A stretch of DNA of 64,000 nucleotides from the NCBI RefSeq assembly GCF_902713615.1, contig NC_052170.1:9410744-9474743 (forward strand). The letters run 5' to 3'. The position numbers and the translations under genes were made by a program. Within the stretch, counting starts at the first letter, position 1; the number at the start of each line of letters is the position of its first letter. Shown here piece after piece: positions 11,852 to 24,689 of this stretch. The stretch is from Scyliorhinus canicula. Its lineage: Eukaryota. The notes below the pieces were generated by a model. The model did not search any database. It was not told the origin of the DNA and was given only the letters and a program-made list of their open reading frames with translations.

Positions 11852-13529
11852 CTGGAAAGAGGAGCACAGAAAGCAGGGGTTAGCACACGGAGTTGAACCA
11901 AGGACTCACCAGCCTTATGAGATTCTCCAGCGAAATCACTCCCTCCGGCCATCGATCGAGTGTGCTGTCTACAGGAGGCACTGCAAAATCTCACCAAGGC
12001 ATCTTCTACAATGTCGCGCAAGCCGACAACCTCCACCACAGTGAAGGGCAAGAATAGCTGGTGCACGTCAATTCCATCACCTCCAATTCAGAGCCATTCC
12101 AACTTAGTCTCATCGTCACTGGGTTAAAATCCTGATGCTTCCTGTCTCCCAACTCCTTCACCACGCACACTATAGTATCACGGGCAATTAGGGATGGGTA
12201 ATAAATGCCAGCCTTGCCAGCAACACCCACGTTGCCAAAAATGAATGATGAAATGGACATAGCAGGTCAAGATGGAATGAATTTATTTTTATTTTAAACA
12301 AATAGATCTCGTGTCACAATTTTCACAGTGAGTCAGAGGATGTGTTGATTTATCTTTGAGCTGTTTTTCCAAAGTGGGTATAATGTTTGGGTCCCTAATG
12401 TACAGAGACTAAATAAATCAAATACTACTTTTGGAATCTGTAACTGTGTGTTTTGGAGGGTTGAGTTCCACAACTTTCTTCATTTTTCTGGGAAAATTAT
12501 AAATGAGCGACCCTTTTATCGATCTATTCCGTGATCTCTGTACAAGCATTGTTATCCCCCACCATTTGAGTAAGTGAAGAATACACATAGGAACAGAAGT
12601 AGGCCGTTCTGCCCCTCGAGCATATTCTGCCACTCAGTTGGACAGCAGCTTTTCAGTATCACAGTAAGATGGTCAACGATATGATTCACCAATTGTAGGT
12701 AGAGGTTTGGGGAAGTGAGGAGGGGAGATTGGCATGGGAGGGGCTGGCGAGCCGGGTGGGTAGTTGTGGGCTTTGGTGGCTTGGGGATGGGGCTACAGGG
12801 GCTTCACAGCACAGGATTCTGTTTTGATATTGCAACACTGTGGAGCGGAAGCTAATTGGATGCAGCCAAAGGATTAGCTCAATGGTGGATTCCTGTAGGA
12901 ATTGAGCAGGGAACTGGGAAAATGGCTATAACTGGCAGATTACTTCCCATTTAAATGAGCAGAGGGGAAAATAAAATGGGTGGGAGGGGGAGGTGTCGGT
13001 GGTAAGCTATCACACGTTAGCAACCATGGTTTGTTACTTTTGAAGGAATCTTTGTATACATTCAATTTGATTTATTTTTGTGATCAGATTCTGGACATGT
13101 TTCTGTGTGCCCGGCGATCTCTGTCTGTCTCACAGCTGTAGAATAATGTAAACATTCTAATCATGTATCTCTCTGTCTCTCCCACAGCTGCAAGGAGACG
13201 CAGACATCGCAATTACTACCTACCCCCATGATTGTTATTCATTTGGCTCCATAACAGGCCCTGGGGCACTGGGCCGGAATGAAGTCTCGCACGGGAATTC
13301 AGACACTTGGGAATCAAAAACAAAATCCTCTGCAGAAGCTAAAAGCGGCCCCTATTATACAGCAGTGATAGGCTTTCAGTGACTAGTTCTGGAGGCTAGA
13401 CTTTGGTGCCTTACAACTGTCAATGATACGGCATCCTCTCGATGACAGTGTACTAACAATCTCGGCCCGGTGGGGGGGGGGAGGCACAGTGTGAGGCCTG
13501 ATATATGGTTAAAGGTTAAAGGGGGACTG

Positions 13530-13850
13530 GACGACTTGCACAGTATCACAGTGGTTAACACTGTTGCTTCACAACACCAGAGTCCCAGGTTCGATTCCCA
13601 GCTTGGGTCACTGTCTGTGCAGAGTCTGCACGTTCTCCCTTTGTCTGTGTGGGCTTCCTCCGGGTACTCCGGTTTCCTCCCACAAGTCCCGAAAGACGTG
13701 CAGGTTAGGTGGATTGGACATTCTGAATTCTCCCTCTGAGTACCCGAACAGGCGCCGGAATGTGGCCACTTGGGGCTTTTCACAGTAGCTTCATTGCAGT
13801 GTCAATGTAAGCCTACTTCTGACACAAATAAAGATTATTATTATAATAAG
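13530..13850 (+). mobile_element. V-SINE variant with GGGCTTTTCACAGTAACTTCATTG...(ATT)n tail
   Basis: Same head and V-domain as HE1-like copies but a different 3' module; siblings at 22570-22830, 29853-30140, 37610-37877 and 51570-51880 (minus). Confidence 0.8.
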
Positions 13851-14226
13851 AGGCTTGGGCACAGAACGGAGGACTTGGGAGCAGGACCCGGCCACTCATT
13901 TCTTTGAGCCTGCTCAGCCATTCAATAAGATTGTGGCTGACCTGGTTGTGGTCTCGACTCTGCTTTTCCATCGGCCTCCACCCCCCTTAATCCTCAACTT
14001 CCTTGTCAAACAAAATCTCTCCAAATCTCCCTAGAATAAATAGAATGATCCCCCCCCCCCCCCCCCCCCCCCCCCAGTGCTTGCTGGGGAGCAGAATGCC
14101 ACAGACTAACACCGTCTTCGAGAGAAAGAAAATCTCATCTCCGTCTTAAACGGTCGATCTTCTTAAACTGCATCCCCTAGTCTCTCCTATAAGTGGAAGC
14201 ACTCGCCCATCATCTACCCCCTCAGG

Positions 14227-14560
14227 GGGGCAGCATGGTAGCACGGTGGTTAGCATAAATGCTTCACAGCTCCAGGGTCCCAGGTTCGATTCCCGGCTGG
14301 GTAACTGTCTGTGTGGAGTCCGCACGTCCTCCCTGTGTGTGCGTGGGTTTCCTCCGGGTGCTCCGGTTTCCTCCCACAGTCCAAAGATGTGCGGGTTAGG
14401 TGGATTGGCCATGCTAAATTGCCCGTAGTGTAAGGTTAATGGGGGGGATTGTTGGGTTACGGGTATAGGGTGGATACGTGGGTTTGAGTGGGGTGATCAT
14501 TGCTCGGCACAACATCGAGGGCCGAAGGGCCTGTTCTGTGCTGTACTGTTCTATGTTCTA
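14227..14560 (+). mobile_element. Young HE1-like V-SINE, full length
   Basis: Near-identical to copies at 26805-27142 (minus), 27468-27804 (minus), 32347-32690 and 44751-45089; tail GGGCCGAAGGGCCTGTTCTGTGCTGTACTGTTCTATGTTCTA resembles the CR1 3' end at 5755. Confidence 0.9.
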
Positions 14561-16546
14561 CCCTACAAACTCCCCTCCGGATATTACATGGTTCATTAAG
14601 ATACCCTCAATATTAAGGCTGTTCTGGAGTGAAATTAGGAACACAGGAGTAGGTCATTCGGCTCTTCGGTAGGGGTTGTGGTCTCAGTTCGACTTTCCTG
14701 TCTGCGCCTGGGAAATGATGCATCAGGAACGAACTCTACCAGCAAAGGGTGATAGAGGTTAGGAGCTCGCAAATGGCATTCGCTCCGTCAATTGTTAATT
14801 TGGAAGGGCAGAACGGTGGCGCGGTGGTTAGCACTGCTGCTGCCTCACGGCGTCGAGGCCCCAGGTTCGATCCCGGCCCTGGGTCATTGTCCGCGCCGAG
14901 TTTGCAAATTCTCCGTGTCTGTGTGGGTCTCACCCCCCCCCCCCCCCCCCCCCCACAACCCAAAAAAGATGAGCAGGGTAGGTGGATTGGCCGTGCTAAA
15001 TTGCCCCTTTAATGGGGGGGGGGGGGGGAGAGAATTGGGTGCTGTAAATTAGTTTTTTTAATTGTTATTTTTAAAACGGACACGGATAGATTTTGTTAAC
15101 CAAAGGGATAGCGACAAAAGCTGAGCAATGGAGATAGCAGAAGATCAGCCATGATTCTATTGAATGGTAGGACAGGTTCCAGGGGTTAAATAATAGTCTA
15201 ATAGTCTCCACCAACTCCCCACTCCTCCAAGACTATGGAAACATCGAAAAGGAGAGCTGATGCACTTAATAAAATGGTAGCCATCCAAAATATGGAAACA
15301 CATCAATGAACCAAAGTGTCTCTGTTTGGGGGGGGGGGGGGGGGAGAGAGAGAGAGAGAGAGAGATACAAATAGTTTAACACCCACAGGCAGGTTCCGAA
15401 GTAGCCGATCTCACCGGGATTGGGGGAATTGGCAGCACAGATCGCCCCAGCTTCCCGCCCAAGTGCCCCTCGCCCACCATCTCCCGGTGAGGTGAAGAGT
15501 TGGGAGCTGGGCTGTGATCTCATCTGGGCTCACCCGGCCCTGGGTGCGGGCAGCCGCTCTGAAATACCACTCAGCACGGATGCCGCAGAAGAAAATCTTT
15601 CTGTGAATGGATGGCAATAAAAAAACCCACAATGGTCCTTCCGACCCCGTGCCCCGCTTCTAGTTTCAACCCCATCGTTTACTGCTTTCTTTTTTAAATG
15701 AGCGGGTTTGTGGAAACCACAGGTTTAAAATGAGCTGAATAAATAGTCATTCTGCAAAGCTGCCTGTGTCCGCCCTAGACATTCCCAACTTCAGGCTCCG
15801 CCCTTGTAGTAAACTAAACGCAGTGAGTGGCATACTTTCCAATGGTTGTTGTCCCTTTCGCTTTGGTGCATTTCGTCCCTAAACCCCGAAAACGGTCAGA
15901 TCCTTTTCTGTCTCTGTCGCTACCACCTCCCTCTCCGATCTGCCAAGGTTGCCACTTCAGGCACACACACACATGTACACAACGTTTGGGTGTATGTGCA
16001 AAGGTTTTGGAAGGCAGACAAGATGTCAAGCGGCTTTTCAAAAGCGGATCTTCCAACATCGGTTCAGCCCAGGACTTCTCCCTTCATTCACGAACCCCCC
16101 ACCACCGTCTCCACCCACTCGCCTCAGTTAGGGGAGGGGGGGTCACAGACCAAACAATTGCACCCAATATACCCTTTGACAACCTTGTCCCAGAACAGGT
16201 TAAAAGCTATCAGCGGCAGGTTTAACAGGCTGACACTTCTCTTCCCCACCCCCAAACACACACACCCAAAAACAAGAAGCCCAGAGAGAAATTTAAGCAG
16301 GTTCCCAATGTCCACGCACATCAGGAATTAGTAATTCGGCGCGTTCCGTCATGCAGAGCTTTCACATTTTGAGAAATGGTCAACAGCAGACACAGAGGGG
16401 TGGGGTAGGTCGATTTAACGCCGAAAGGGTTTATCATTATTATTATTAGCCCCCTTTTATGGGGGGGGGGGGGGGCACAACGCAAGGCTTGATATACAGT
16501 GAGCAAGCGGCGTTTGAATTGATAGAGGGGTGTGTGGAGCACCAAC

Positions 16547-16684
16547 CTGCAGTGCGGTTTGGTCGTATTTATTCACCGCATTGGCGTTCACCTTCTCCTC
16601 GACCAGCAGACGCTTCACCTCCTGCCAGTCCCCCCGCACTGCAGCCTTGGTCAGCTTGTCCCCGTCCAGTACGTTTTTGCCCAT
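16547..16684 (-). CDS. CDKN2D: CDKN2D (p19INK4d) coding exon 1
   Basis: MGKNVLDGDKLTKAAVRGDWQEVKRLLVEEKVNANAVNKYDQTALQ (46 aa; human [28 protein letters not shown]...KTALQ); donor CAG|GTTGGT, phase 0, at the conserved INK4 junction ALQ/VMM; full protein 170 aa. Confidence 0.95.
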
Positions 16685-16794
16685 GCTTGTGTTTTCTTTG
16701 ACCCACCGACCTGCCTGCCTTGCCCGGGTGCTGAGCTGGATTCTGCCGCTGCGGAGACCACAGAGACACTCTCTGTCTCTCTCTATCCAGCCGG

Positions 16795-17011
16795 GCGGTC
16801 CCGCCCACCGCTGGTTGATTGACAGGCGCCGCCGCCAATCAGGCCGGGGGCGGGGCTGCGAATTGAAACACAACGTTCGGAGGCCGGGCGCACCGGCCAA
16901 TCAGGCCGCGAGTGAGTAGCGAAAGCCCCTGACGTCAGCTCTTTGTGACGTCGTCTGTTTTTGTTACTTTGGGCCGGTTGCCCCTTCAACGGCAAACTGG
17001 GCAACGGTAAC
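16795..17011. promoter_or_regulatory. CDKN2D CpG-island promoter
   Basis: Two CCAATCAGGCCG boxes (16835, 16897), GGGGCGGGG GC box near 16847, palindromic CRE TGACGTCA 16930-16937 plus a second TGACGT, and RFX-like half sites GTTGCC/GGCAAC/GGTAAC 16977-17011. Confidence 0.7.
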
Positions 17012-17576
17012 ATCGTTCGCTGACTCGCATTCGGCCACTTTATCACAAAGGGGAATTCTTTCCCACCCCACCACCACCTCAGCTGAGGGATCCATAACCA
17101 GAGGGCATAGAATTTATTTTTCTCTTTTTTAAATTTAGAGTGCCCAATTTTTTTTCCCCAATTACATAGAACAGCAGAGAACAGGCCCTTCGGCTCTCGA
17201 TGTTGTGCCGAGCAATGATCACCCTACTCAAACCCACGTATCCACCCTATACCCGTAACCCAACAACCCCCCCCCCCCCTAACGTTACATTTTTTTAGGA
17301 CACTACGGGCAGTTTAGCATAGGCAATCCACCTACCCTGCGCACCTTTGTGTTGTGGGGATGAGACCCACGCAGACACGGGGAGAATGTGCAAACTCCAC
17401 ACGGACAGTGACCCAGGGCCGGGATTCGAACCTCAGCACCGTGGGCAGTGATGCGAACCATTGTGCCACCTTGCTGTCCAGAGGGCATAGATTTAAAGTC
17501 AGGGGAAAGTGTTAGCTGGGTTACGCGGATAGGGTGGAGGTGTGTGCTTAAGTAGGGTGATCTTTCCAAGGATAAA

Positions 17577-18838
17577 AGCAGTACAGGCCCTTCGGCCCAC
17601 GATGTTGCGCCGTCCTGTGAACCCCCTCTAAAGTCCCTCTACACTATTCCCTTAACGTCCATATGCCTATCCAATGACCAGTTGAATGCGTTTAGTGTTG
17701 GCGAGTCCACTACTGTTGCAGGCAGGGCATTCCACGCCCTTACTACTCTCTTACTCTCTGAGTAAAGAACCTACCTCTGATATCTGTCCTATATCTATCT
17801 CCCCTCAATTTAAAGCTATGTCCCCTCGTGCTGGACATCACCATCCGAGGAAAAAGGCTCTCACTGTCCACCCTATCTAATCCTCTGATCATCTTGTATG
17901 CCTCTATTAAGTCACCTCTTAACCTTCTTCTCTCTAACAAAAACAGCCTCAAGTCCTTCAGCCTTTCCTCATATGATCTTCCCTCCATACCAGGCAACAT
18001 TCTTGTAAATCTCCTCTGTACCCTTTCCAATGCTTCCACATCCTTCCTATAATGTTGTGACCAGAACTGCACACAATACTCCAAATGCGGCCGCACCAGA
18101 GTTTTGTACAACTGCAACATGACCTCATGGCTCCGAAACTCAATTCCTCTACCAATAAAAGCTAACACACCGTATGCCTTCTTAACAACCCTCTCAACCT
18201 GGTGGCAACTTTCAGGGATCTATGGACATGGACACCAAGATCTCTCTGCTCGTCCACACTACCAAGAATCTTACCATTAACCCAGTACTCTGCCTTTCTG
18301 TTATTCCTTCCAAAATGAATCACCTCACACTTTTCTGCATTAAACTCCATTTGCCACCTGTCAGCCCAGCTCTGCAGCTTATCTATGTCCCTCTGTAACT
18401 TGTAACATCCTTCTGCACTGTCCACAACTCCACCGACTTTAGTGTCATCTGCAAATTTACTCACCCATCCTTCTACGCCCTCCTCCAGGTCATTTATAAA
18501 AATGACAAACAGCAACGGCCCCAAAACAGATCCTTGTGGCACACCACTAGTAACTGGACACCAGTCAGAGCATTTCCCATCAACCACCACTCTTTGTCTT
18601 CTATCAGCTAGCCAATGTCTGATCCAAACTGCTAAATCACCCTGAATCCCATGCATCTGTATTTTCTGCAATAGCCTACCGTGGGGAACCTTATCAAATG
18701 CTTTACTGAAATCCATATACACCACATCAACTGCTTTACCTTCATCCACCTGTTTGGTCACCTTCTCGAAGAACTCAATGAGGTTTGTGAGGCACGACCT
18801 ACCCTTCACAAAACCATGTTGACTATCTCTGATCAAAT
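17577..18838 (-). mobile_element. CR1-clade LINE, 5'-truncated, with RT domain
   Basis: ORFs 18162-18836 and 17743-18168 give QHGFVKGRSCLTNL, DFSKAFDKVPH, SGVPQGSVLGP and FADD; 1-nt frameshift near 18200; nearly identical to the 5755-6486 copy over the shared length. Confidence 0.95.
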
Positions 18839-19549
18839 TATTATTTGATCACGTTTCGAGTCCAGATTACCTTGGCTTTGACAAAGGGTCATCTGGAATC
18901 GATACATTCGCTATTTTCTCTCCCTACAGATGCTGCCAGACGTGCTCTTTCCAAGGGCCAGTGCAGACTCGATGGGCCGAATGGCCTCCTTCTGCACTGT
19001 AAATTCTATGAAAACCTTTTCCACCCAGGGGATAGTGGGAATCTGGAACTTGCGGCCTCAAAGTGTGGTACGTAGGAATTAGGAGCAGCCCCATGCGAGT
19101 CGTCTCTGCCATTCAATCACATCATGGCCGATCTCTTCCCGGTCTCAAATCCACCTCCCCACCCGTCGCCCATATCATTGGTAGAGGTGGGACGCTTCGC
19201 AATGTTTAAGACGAGGGCTCAGAATGCCACAGCACGCCAGCCTACGTACGGGCCAAGAGCTGGAAAATGGGTTGAAAGTAAAGACGTGCTTGGTGACCGG
19301 CACAGACACGATGGGCCAAAGGGCCTCTTTCCGTGCTGTAAAAGCTCTATAGGTCTCTTAGGGTTTGGTTGTGAATCCAGCCCTCATCCCCATCCCACAA
19401 GATCACCCGTCCCCATTTTGATCTTGTGTCTGCACTCATACAGGCACTTCTGAAATTCACAAGGAAATTAAATCACCGACACTTGCTGGGCATCCTTCCC
19501 CTCATATTGTGCTGAATATCTTGTTTTCGTTTTTTTAACTTAAGGTTGA

Positions 19550-19772
19550 ATTGAAAACAAAGTGCTGGATAAACTTGGCAAGTCTGGCAGCACCCATGGC
19601 GAGGGAAACAAAGAGTTAACATTTCCAGTCCAATATGACTCTTAAATTTCCAATGTGACTCTTCTGTGTTTCTCTTTCCCTCTCTCTCCACAGATGCTGC
19701 CAGGCCTGCTGAGTTTTTCCAGGGCTTTCTGTTTTTATTTAGGAGTTCCAGCATCTGCAGTATTTTGCTTTT
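19550..19772. mobile_element. Penelope-like element terminal remnants in inverted arrangement
   Basis: TGCTGGATAAACTTGGCAAGTCTGGCAGCA ... ACAGATGCTGCCAGGCCTGCTGAGTTTTTCCAG imperfect inverted arms; related pieces at 18850-18945, 20205-20285, 40295-40365 and 42771-42875. Confidence 0.5.
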
Positions 19773-22700
19773 AACACTCCACTGTTTGGGGACCAGCTGA
19801 GGTTATTCTTCTCAACCTTGCCCCTCACCTGAGATGCGGTGACCCTCAAGTTAAATCACCACCAGTCAGCTCCCTCCCTCAAAGGGGAAAGAAGCCTATG
19901 GTCACCTGGGAGTGTGGCGACTTTAATTTGGGGACTGCCACTTTTAGCATCTGTAAGAGTTGAAATGTGTGGTGTTAGGAAGTCAACATTTTTTTTTCAT
20001 TATTTTTACATCTATTTACAGTCTGCGATTGTTAAAATGGCAGGGACGCTTCAGATGCGCACACCATTGGGTTAATTGATAACAACCCCTAATAATTACA
20101 ACCAGGTTAAAGGGACAGTTCTCAGTTCTGTGCTGAACGACTCCCAGCATATCCCTGCAGTTTGGGATGAGCCGGGGAACAAGTGTCAATTGGAAGGAGA
20201 ACACATAATACTGGACGATATCAACAGGTCTGCCAGCATCCGTGGAGAGAGAAGGGAGCTAACGTTTCGCGTCTGGATGATTCGAATAAGTTTCGGTTCA
20301 CATAATAAATCTATGTGGTGTAAATCAGGCGTTAAGACCCTCAAATAACTCCAAAATGAAGGAAATCGAGACCCAGTTGGCTGGACGTTTGATTAGCAAA
20401 GGAACCGAAGCTTAGGCAAGAGAGTAGAGGCATATCAGTCTAATGGTGAAACCATTGTCAATTGTGGTGTTTTAAAAAACCCATCAGGTTCGCTAACGTC
20501 CTTTCGGGAAATAAATCTGCTGTCTTTACCTGGTCTGGCCTACACATGTGACTCCGGGCCCACAGCAATGTGGTTGACTCTCCAATGCCCTCTGAGATAG
20601 AGGGCAGTTAGGGGAGGGCAGTAAATGCCAAGACTGTGGCAGTAGCATTGCTTCCTGCAATTTGTGGTATAAATATGCCATTTTCCAATGGCTCCATCGC
20701 ACACTGACACCACTCCGGTACAATATAAGGAGACACTTGATACTCTGCATGTTGTTGTTGAGCTACTTGTATCTAATTTTAAGTGTGTTGGAAACTAGTA
20801 GTTTCTGCTATTGGCGTTCGCTCGTGAAAATATAGACTTGAGCCCCGCCTCCAGGATTTGAGCCAAAATAATGCAGACTGGCTGGGGGGGGGGGGGGGGG
20901 GGGGGCATTAGGGAGGAATGAAGCCCCAGAACCGAGGACGTGAGAGAGAGTTTTACATTGGAGATGTCAGCCCTTCCAAATTGACGTTTCTCTCGGTTCT
21001 TCGAAGCTATTGTTCAGTGGAACTGGGGGTTTGACCACATCCCCCTCCGTAAACCCACAGTACTGGAACGACATCAACTGCTGATTCATTTCGTGCCTGT
21101 TTACGAGTTTGTTATTCAGCGCAAACTGCACTTGCCCACATAAAACCACGCATGTTTACAGTGCGGGATGAGGTCGTTCCGTCCATCATGTCCAAGACCT
21201 TACCAAAGCGAAGAATGCCCCAATCTCCCCCCATCCAAAGAATATATTTAAATGCACCCATAACGAATCTTGTGTTTCAAACATGGAATTCCAATCTGTG
21301 ACCCTTCTTGGTTGAATAGCCCACTGTGCAAAGATGCTTTACCTAACATCCCTCTCGGAGAGCCCCTTGATCACTCCCTTCCCCCAGCCGGAGAACTCCC
21401 GCCCCCTCCCCTCCAACATTATAACCAAATGTTTCAATTGTTTTAAAACTCTGTTCAATCTCTCTCTGGCCAAGTGGAAACAGTCCCGGTTCCCTCCTCA
21501 TGACTATTGCCTCCCAACCCTTGGCCATCCTGGTGACTGGAGAGGCTCCTCTGCCTCTTGAGAGCCACCTCAGATCCCACCTTTTTGCCCAGCCTCTCGC
21601 CTCTTCCCCCCCCCCCCCCCCCCCCCCCGCCCATATTCTTCGACGTGCCCATGCTGTGTCCCAGTGAAGCTTCTCGGGGGCATTTGCTCTCCTCTGTGTC
21701 CTGGTATTCAAACCCACAGCCCTTTAGGGACCCGTGCACGCTTTTTCAATGTCATTCGGTGTGTGCCTGTGAAGTTAGGAGTTACAAAGGCAATTCCTTG
21801 TGAAGCTTCACAGGGGCAGTGAAACTCCCAGTGTCTGCCTGACCAAAGTAACCTTGCTTGAAGCCACTTTGCCTTCACGTGCACAGACCTTGTTTGGCTG
21901 CGAGTGCAATCTACGGGACATTGAAAACAAAGCAATGCCTTCTTGTACCAGGATGTGGTAGCTGTACTTTTATGAATGGCATTGCCAGGGCAGCCATTCA
22001 GTATTTAAGCATCCGCACTCCCTTCCTGTTATTGACACTCCTGTTGCTGTTGCTAGGGACGCATTGTGGAGGACGCTCATTAACTAATGGGGGGTAAATA
22101 ATCTGTGCGGTCAGTTCTCCTTGTAGTTTATCGCTCAGCCTTCGGAGTAAGTACGTTATACAATGCATAAATTTGCTTGTAATGACATTCTATTCCATTG
22201 GTACATAATCCATGTTATTGCATGTTAATTTCCGGGGACCGCCATGCTCAACAGTAGCTTTGGACGACCATGTATTTGTTTGTTGAAAAAACAGGGTCTC
22301 CGCCCACTCCCATCAAAGTTATTTTTGTCTTTTAAGTCCAGCTCTCGTTCGGAAGGTTGTGGATTCAAGCCCCCGCCCCCAAGACCTGAATCGATCTTTT
22401 TAATGCAGCCCAGGGAGCGGGGCAGTGCCAGCGGTGCTAATTCTGCTTCCTCTTCACCGAGTGGTCGCTGACCATCCTCGACCACTCCTTAGTTGCCCTT
22501 GAGGAAGAGGTGAGGGTGGCTGAGTGGAGTCAGCCACTCCCCCGCCACCCCCTCAGCAGAAGGGAAAGCCAGGGTCCCAGGTTCGATTCCCGGCTCGGGT
22601 CACTGTCTGTGCGGAGGCTGCACGTTCATCCCCGCGTCTGCGTGGGTTTCCTCCGGGTGCTCCGGTTTCCTCCCACAAGTCCCGAAAGACGTGCTGTTGG

Positions 22701-24689
22701 GTGAATTGGACATTCTAAATTCTCCCTCCGTGTACCCGCACAGGGGCCGGAATGTGGCGACTCGGGGATTTTCACAGTATCATTGTAGTGTTAATGTAAG
22801 CCTATTTGTGCCAATAAAGATGATTAAAAATCCAACTTTACAGCGCAGGAAGAGGCCCTTCGGCCCGTCATGTTTGTGCCAGGGTGTTCTGGTTTCCTCC
22901 TGAAAGACGTGCTGTCAGGTGAATTGGACATTCTGAATTCTCCCTCAATGTAGCCGAACAGGCACCAGTAAAACGTTCCGAGGTAGTCTTGATACCTTAA
23001 AGTTGAACTCCAGTAATACTGGCACCAGTAATACTGAAGGTATTTTAAGGTGAACCAGCCTAGCTTGGACAAGTTTTACTGGTACCCTTGATTTCCATTT
23101 GACTGGTTTTTCTTTCCCTTTTGGGGCTGCTGTGGATCTTGAGTCACATGTAGGTCAGACCCGATAAAGATGGTATATTTCCTTCCTGAAAGGACATAAA
23201 AGAAATAGGTGTGTTTTTATGACAATTGGCTAGCTTCATGTTTGCAAGGAAGCGTCTGGCTTCCACTTGACACCCAGTGACCCCCTCTAGGTGTGTCAAG
23301 ATGAGGATGGAAGGGGATCAGACTATAGCATTGGCTACGCTGCATTTATACCTCAACCAGAGCGGCTGCGTGCATCTGTAACACTGACAGCAAAGTTGCA
23401 AAACAGCAATGGACTAGCTAGCGTCAGCCTAATAATTTTGGTATTAACCAACAAACTCCTCCGCAACCCACTGAAACTCAGCTTTTTGCACATTGAAACT
23501 GCGAAAACAACTCTCACTACTGTTGGTGGGGACCCATGTCTGCAAACTTCAATAAGATAGACAACTGGTTTGTCTGTTTCTCATGATTTTCTTTCCTCTC
23601 AAAGCGGAAAGTGCATGTTGATTGCCCTGGGACGTCAGGTGTGAGCCAGGTAATAGATTAGCAACCGGCGTCGCTGTTTGTGGGAGCTTACTGTGCACTC
23701 TGCGTTTCTTCCAATGTACAGTGATTGCACTTGGGAAAAACTTCTTCAGCTTCAGTGCGCTTTGAGACAAACTGGGGTTGTGAAAGATGCTTTCCAGGTA
23801 CATAAAATTATTGATTACAGTTCGTAGAAGCCGTTCAAACAGGGTGGCACAGTGGTTAGCACTGCTGCCTCACAGCGCCAGGGACCTGGGCTCAATTCCT
23901 GCCTTGGGTGACTGTCTGCGTGGGGCTTGCACGTTCTCCCCATGTCTGCGCCGGTTTCATAGACATAGAATTTATAGTGCAGAAGGAGGCCGTTCGGCCC
24001 ATCGAGTCTGCACCGGCTCTTGGAAAGAGCAGCCCACTGAAACCCACACCTCCACCCTATGCCCGTAACCCCACCTAACCTAAGGGCAATTTAGCATGGC
24101 CAGTCCATCTAACCCTGCACATCTTTGGACTGTGGCAGGAAACCGGAGCACCCGGAGGAAACCCATGCAGACACGTGCAGACTCCGGACAGGCAGTGACC
24201 CAAGCTGGGAATTGAACCTGGGACCCTGGAGTTGTGAAGCAACTGTGTTAACCTCTATGCTACCATACTAACCAATTTTCTCCGGGTGCTCTTGTTTCCT
24301 CCCGCAGTCCAAAAGATGTGCAGTTTGGGAGGGATTGCGGGGGTAGAGTGGGGGAGAGGGCTAATTGCGGACTTGATGGGCTGAATGCACTGTCGGGATT
24401 CTATCCTATTAAAATTGGAAGAACTTACGGCGCAGTTGTGAATAAAGCCTCTATTGGAGGAACACTGACTACCGTAACTATGTGTGACACCAAGTAAGAT
24501 ACTGCAGCACAGACTTGGAAAGATATTTTCAGCTCATGTGCGCTGACAAGCAGAGAATCCTAGATTTGCCCCTCTTTTTGGCAATCGTGCCAGCCAGCAG
24601 TGTGAAAATGAGAATCAAATCAGCACACAAAATTGGAAAGCATGCTGACTCTCTTCACCCACACCCCACACACATACACAGACACACGC

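Noticed and set aside
14146-14428. Recurrent small ORFs such as MANPPNPHIFGLWEETGAPGGNP and PGSIPALGHCPCGVCTFSPCLRG throughout the window
   Set aside because: Chance translations of SINE copies
16457-16900. 147-aa ORF as an N-terminally extended CDKN2D
   Set aside because: The upstream part begins at a non-ATG codon in the promoter; homology starts at Met 16684 and ends at the donor at 16547
23020-23047. Twin CCAGTAATACTG (miR-200/429 seed-like) repeats
   Set aside because: No pre-miRNA hairpin or mature-sequence match beyond the seed, and not in a plausible 3' UTR
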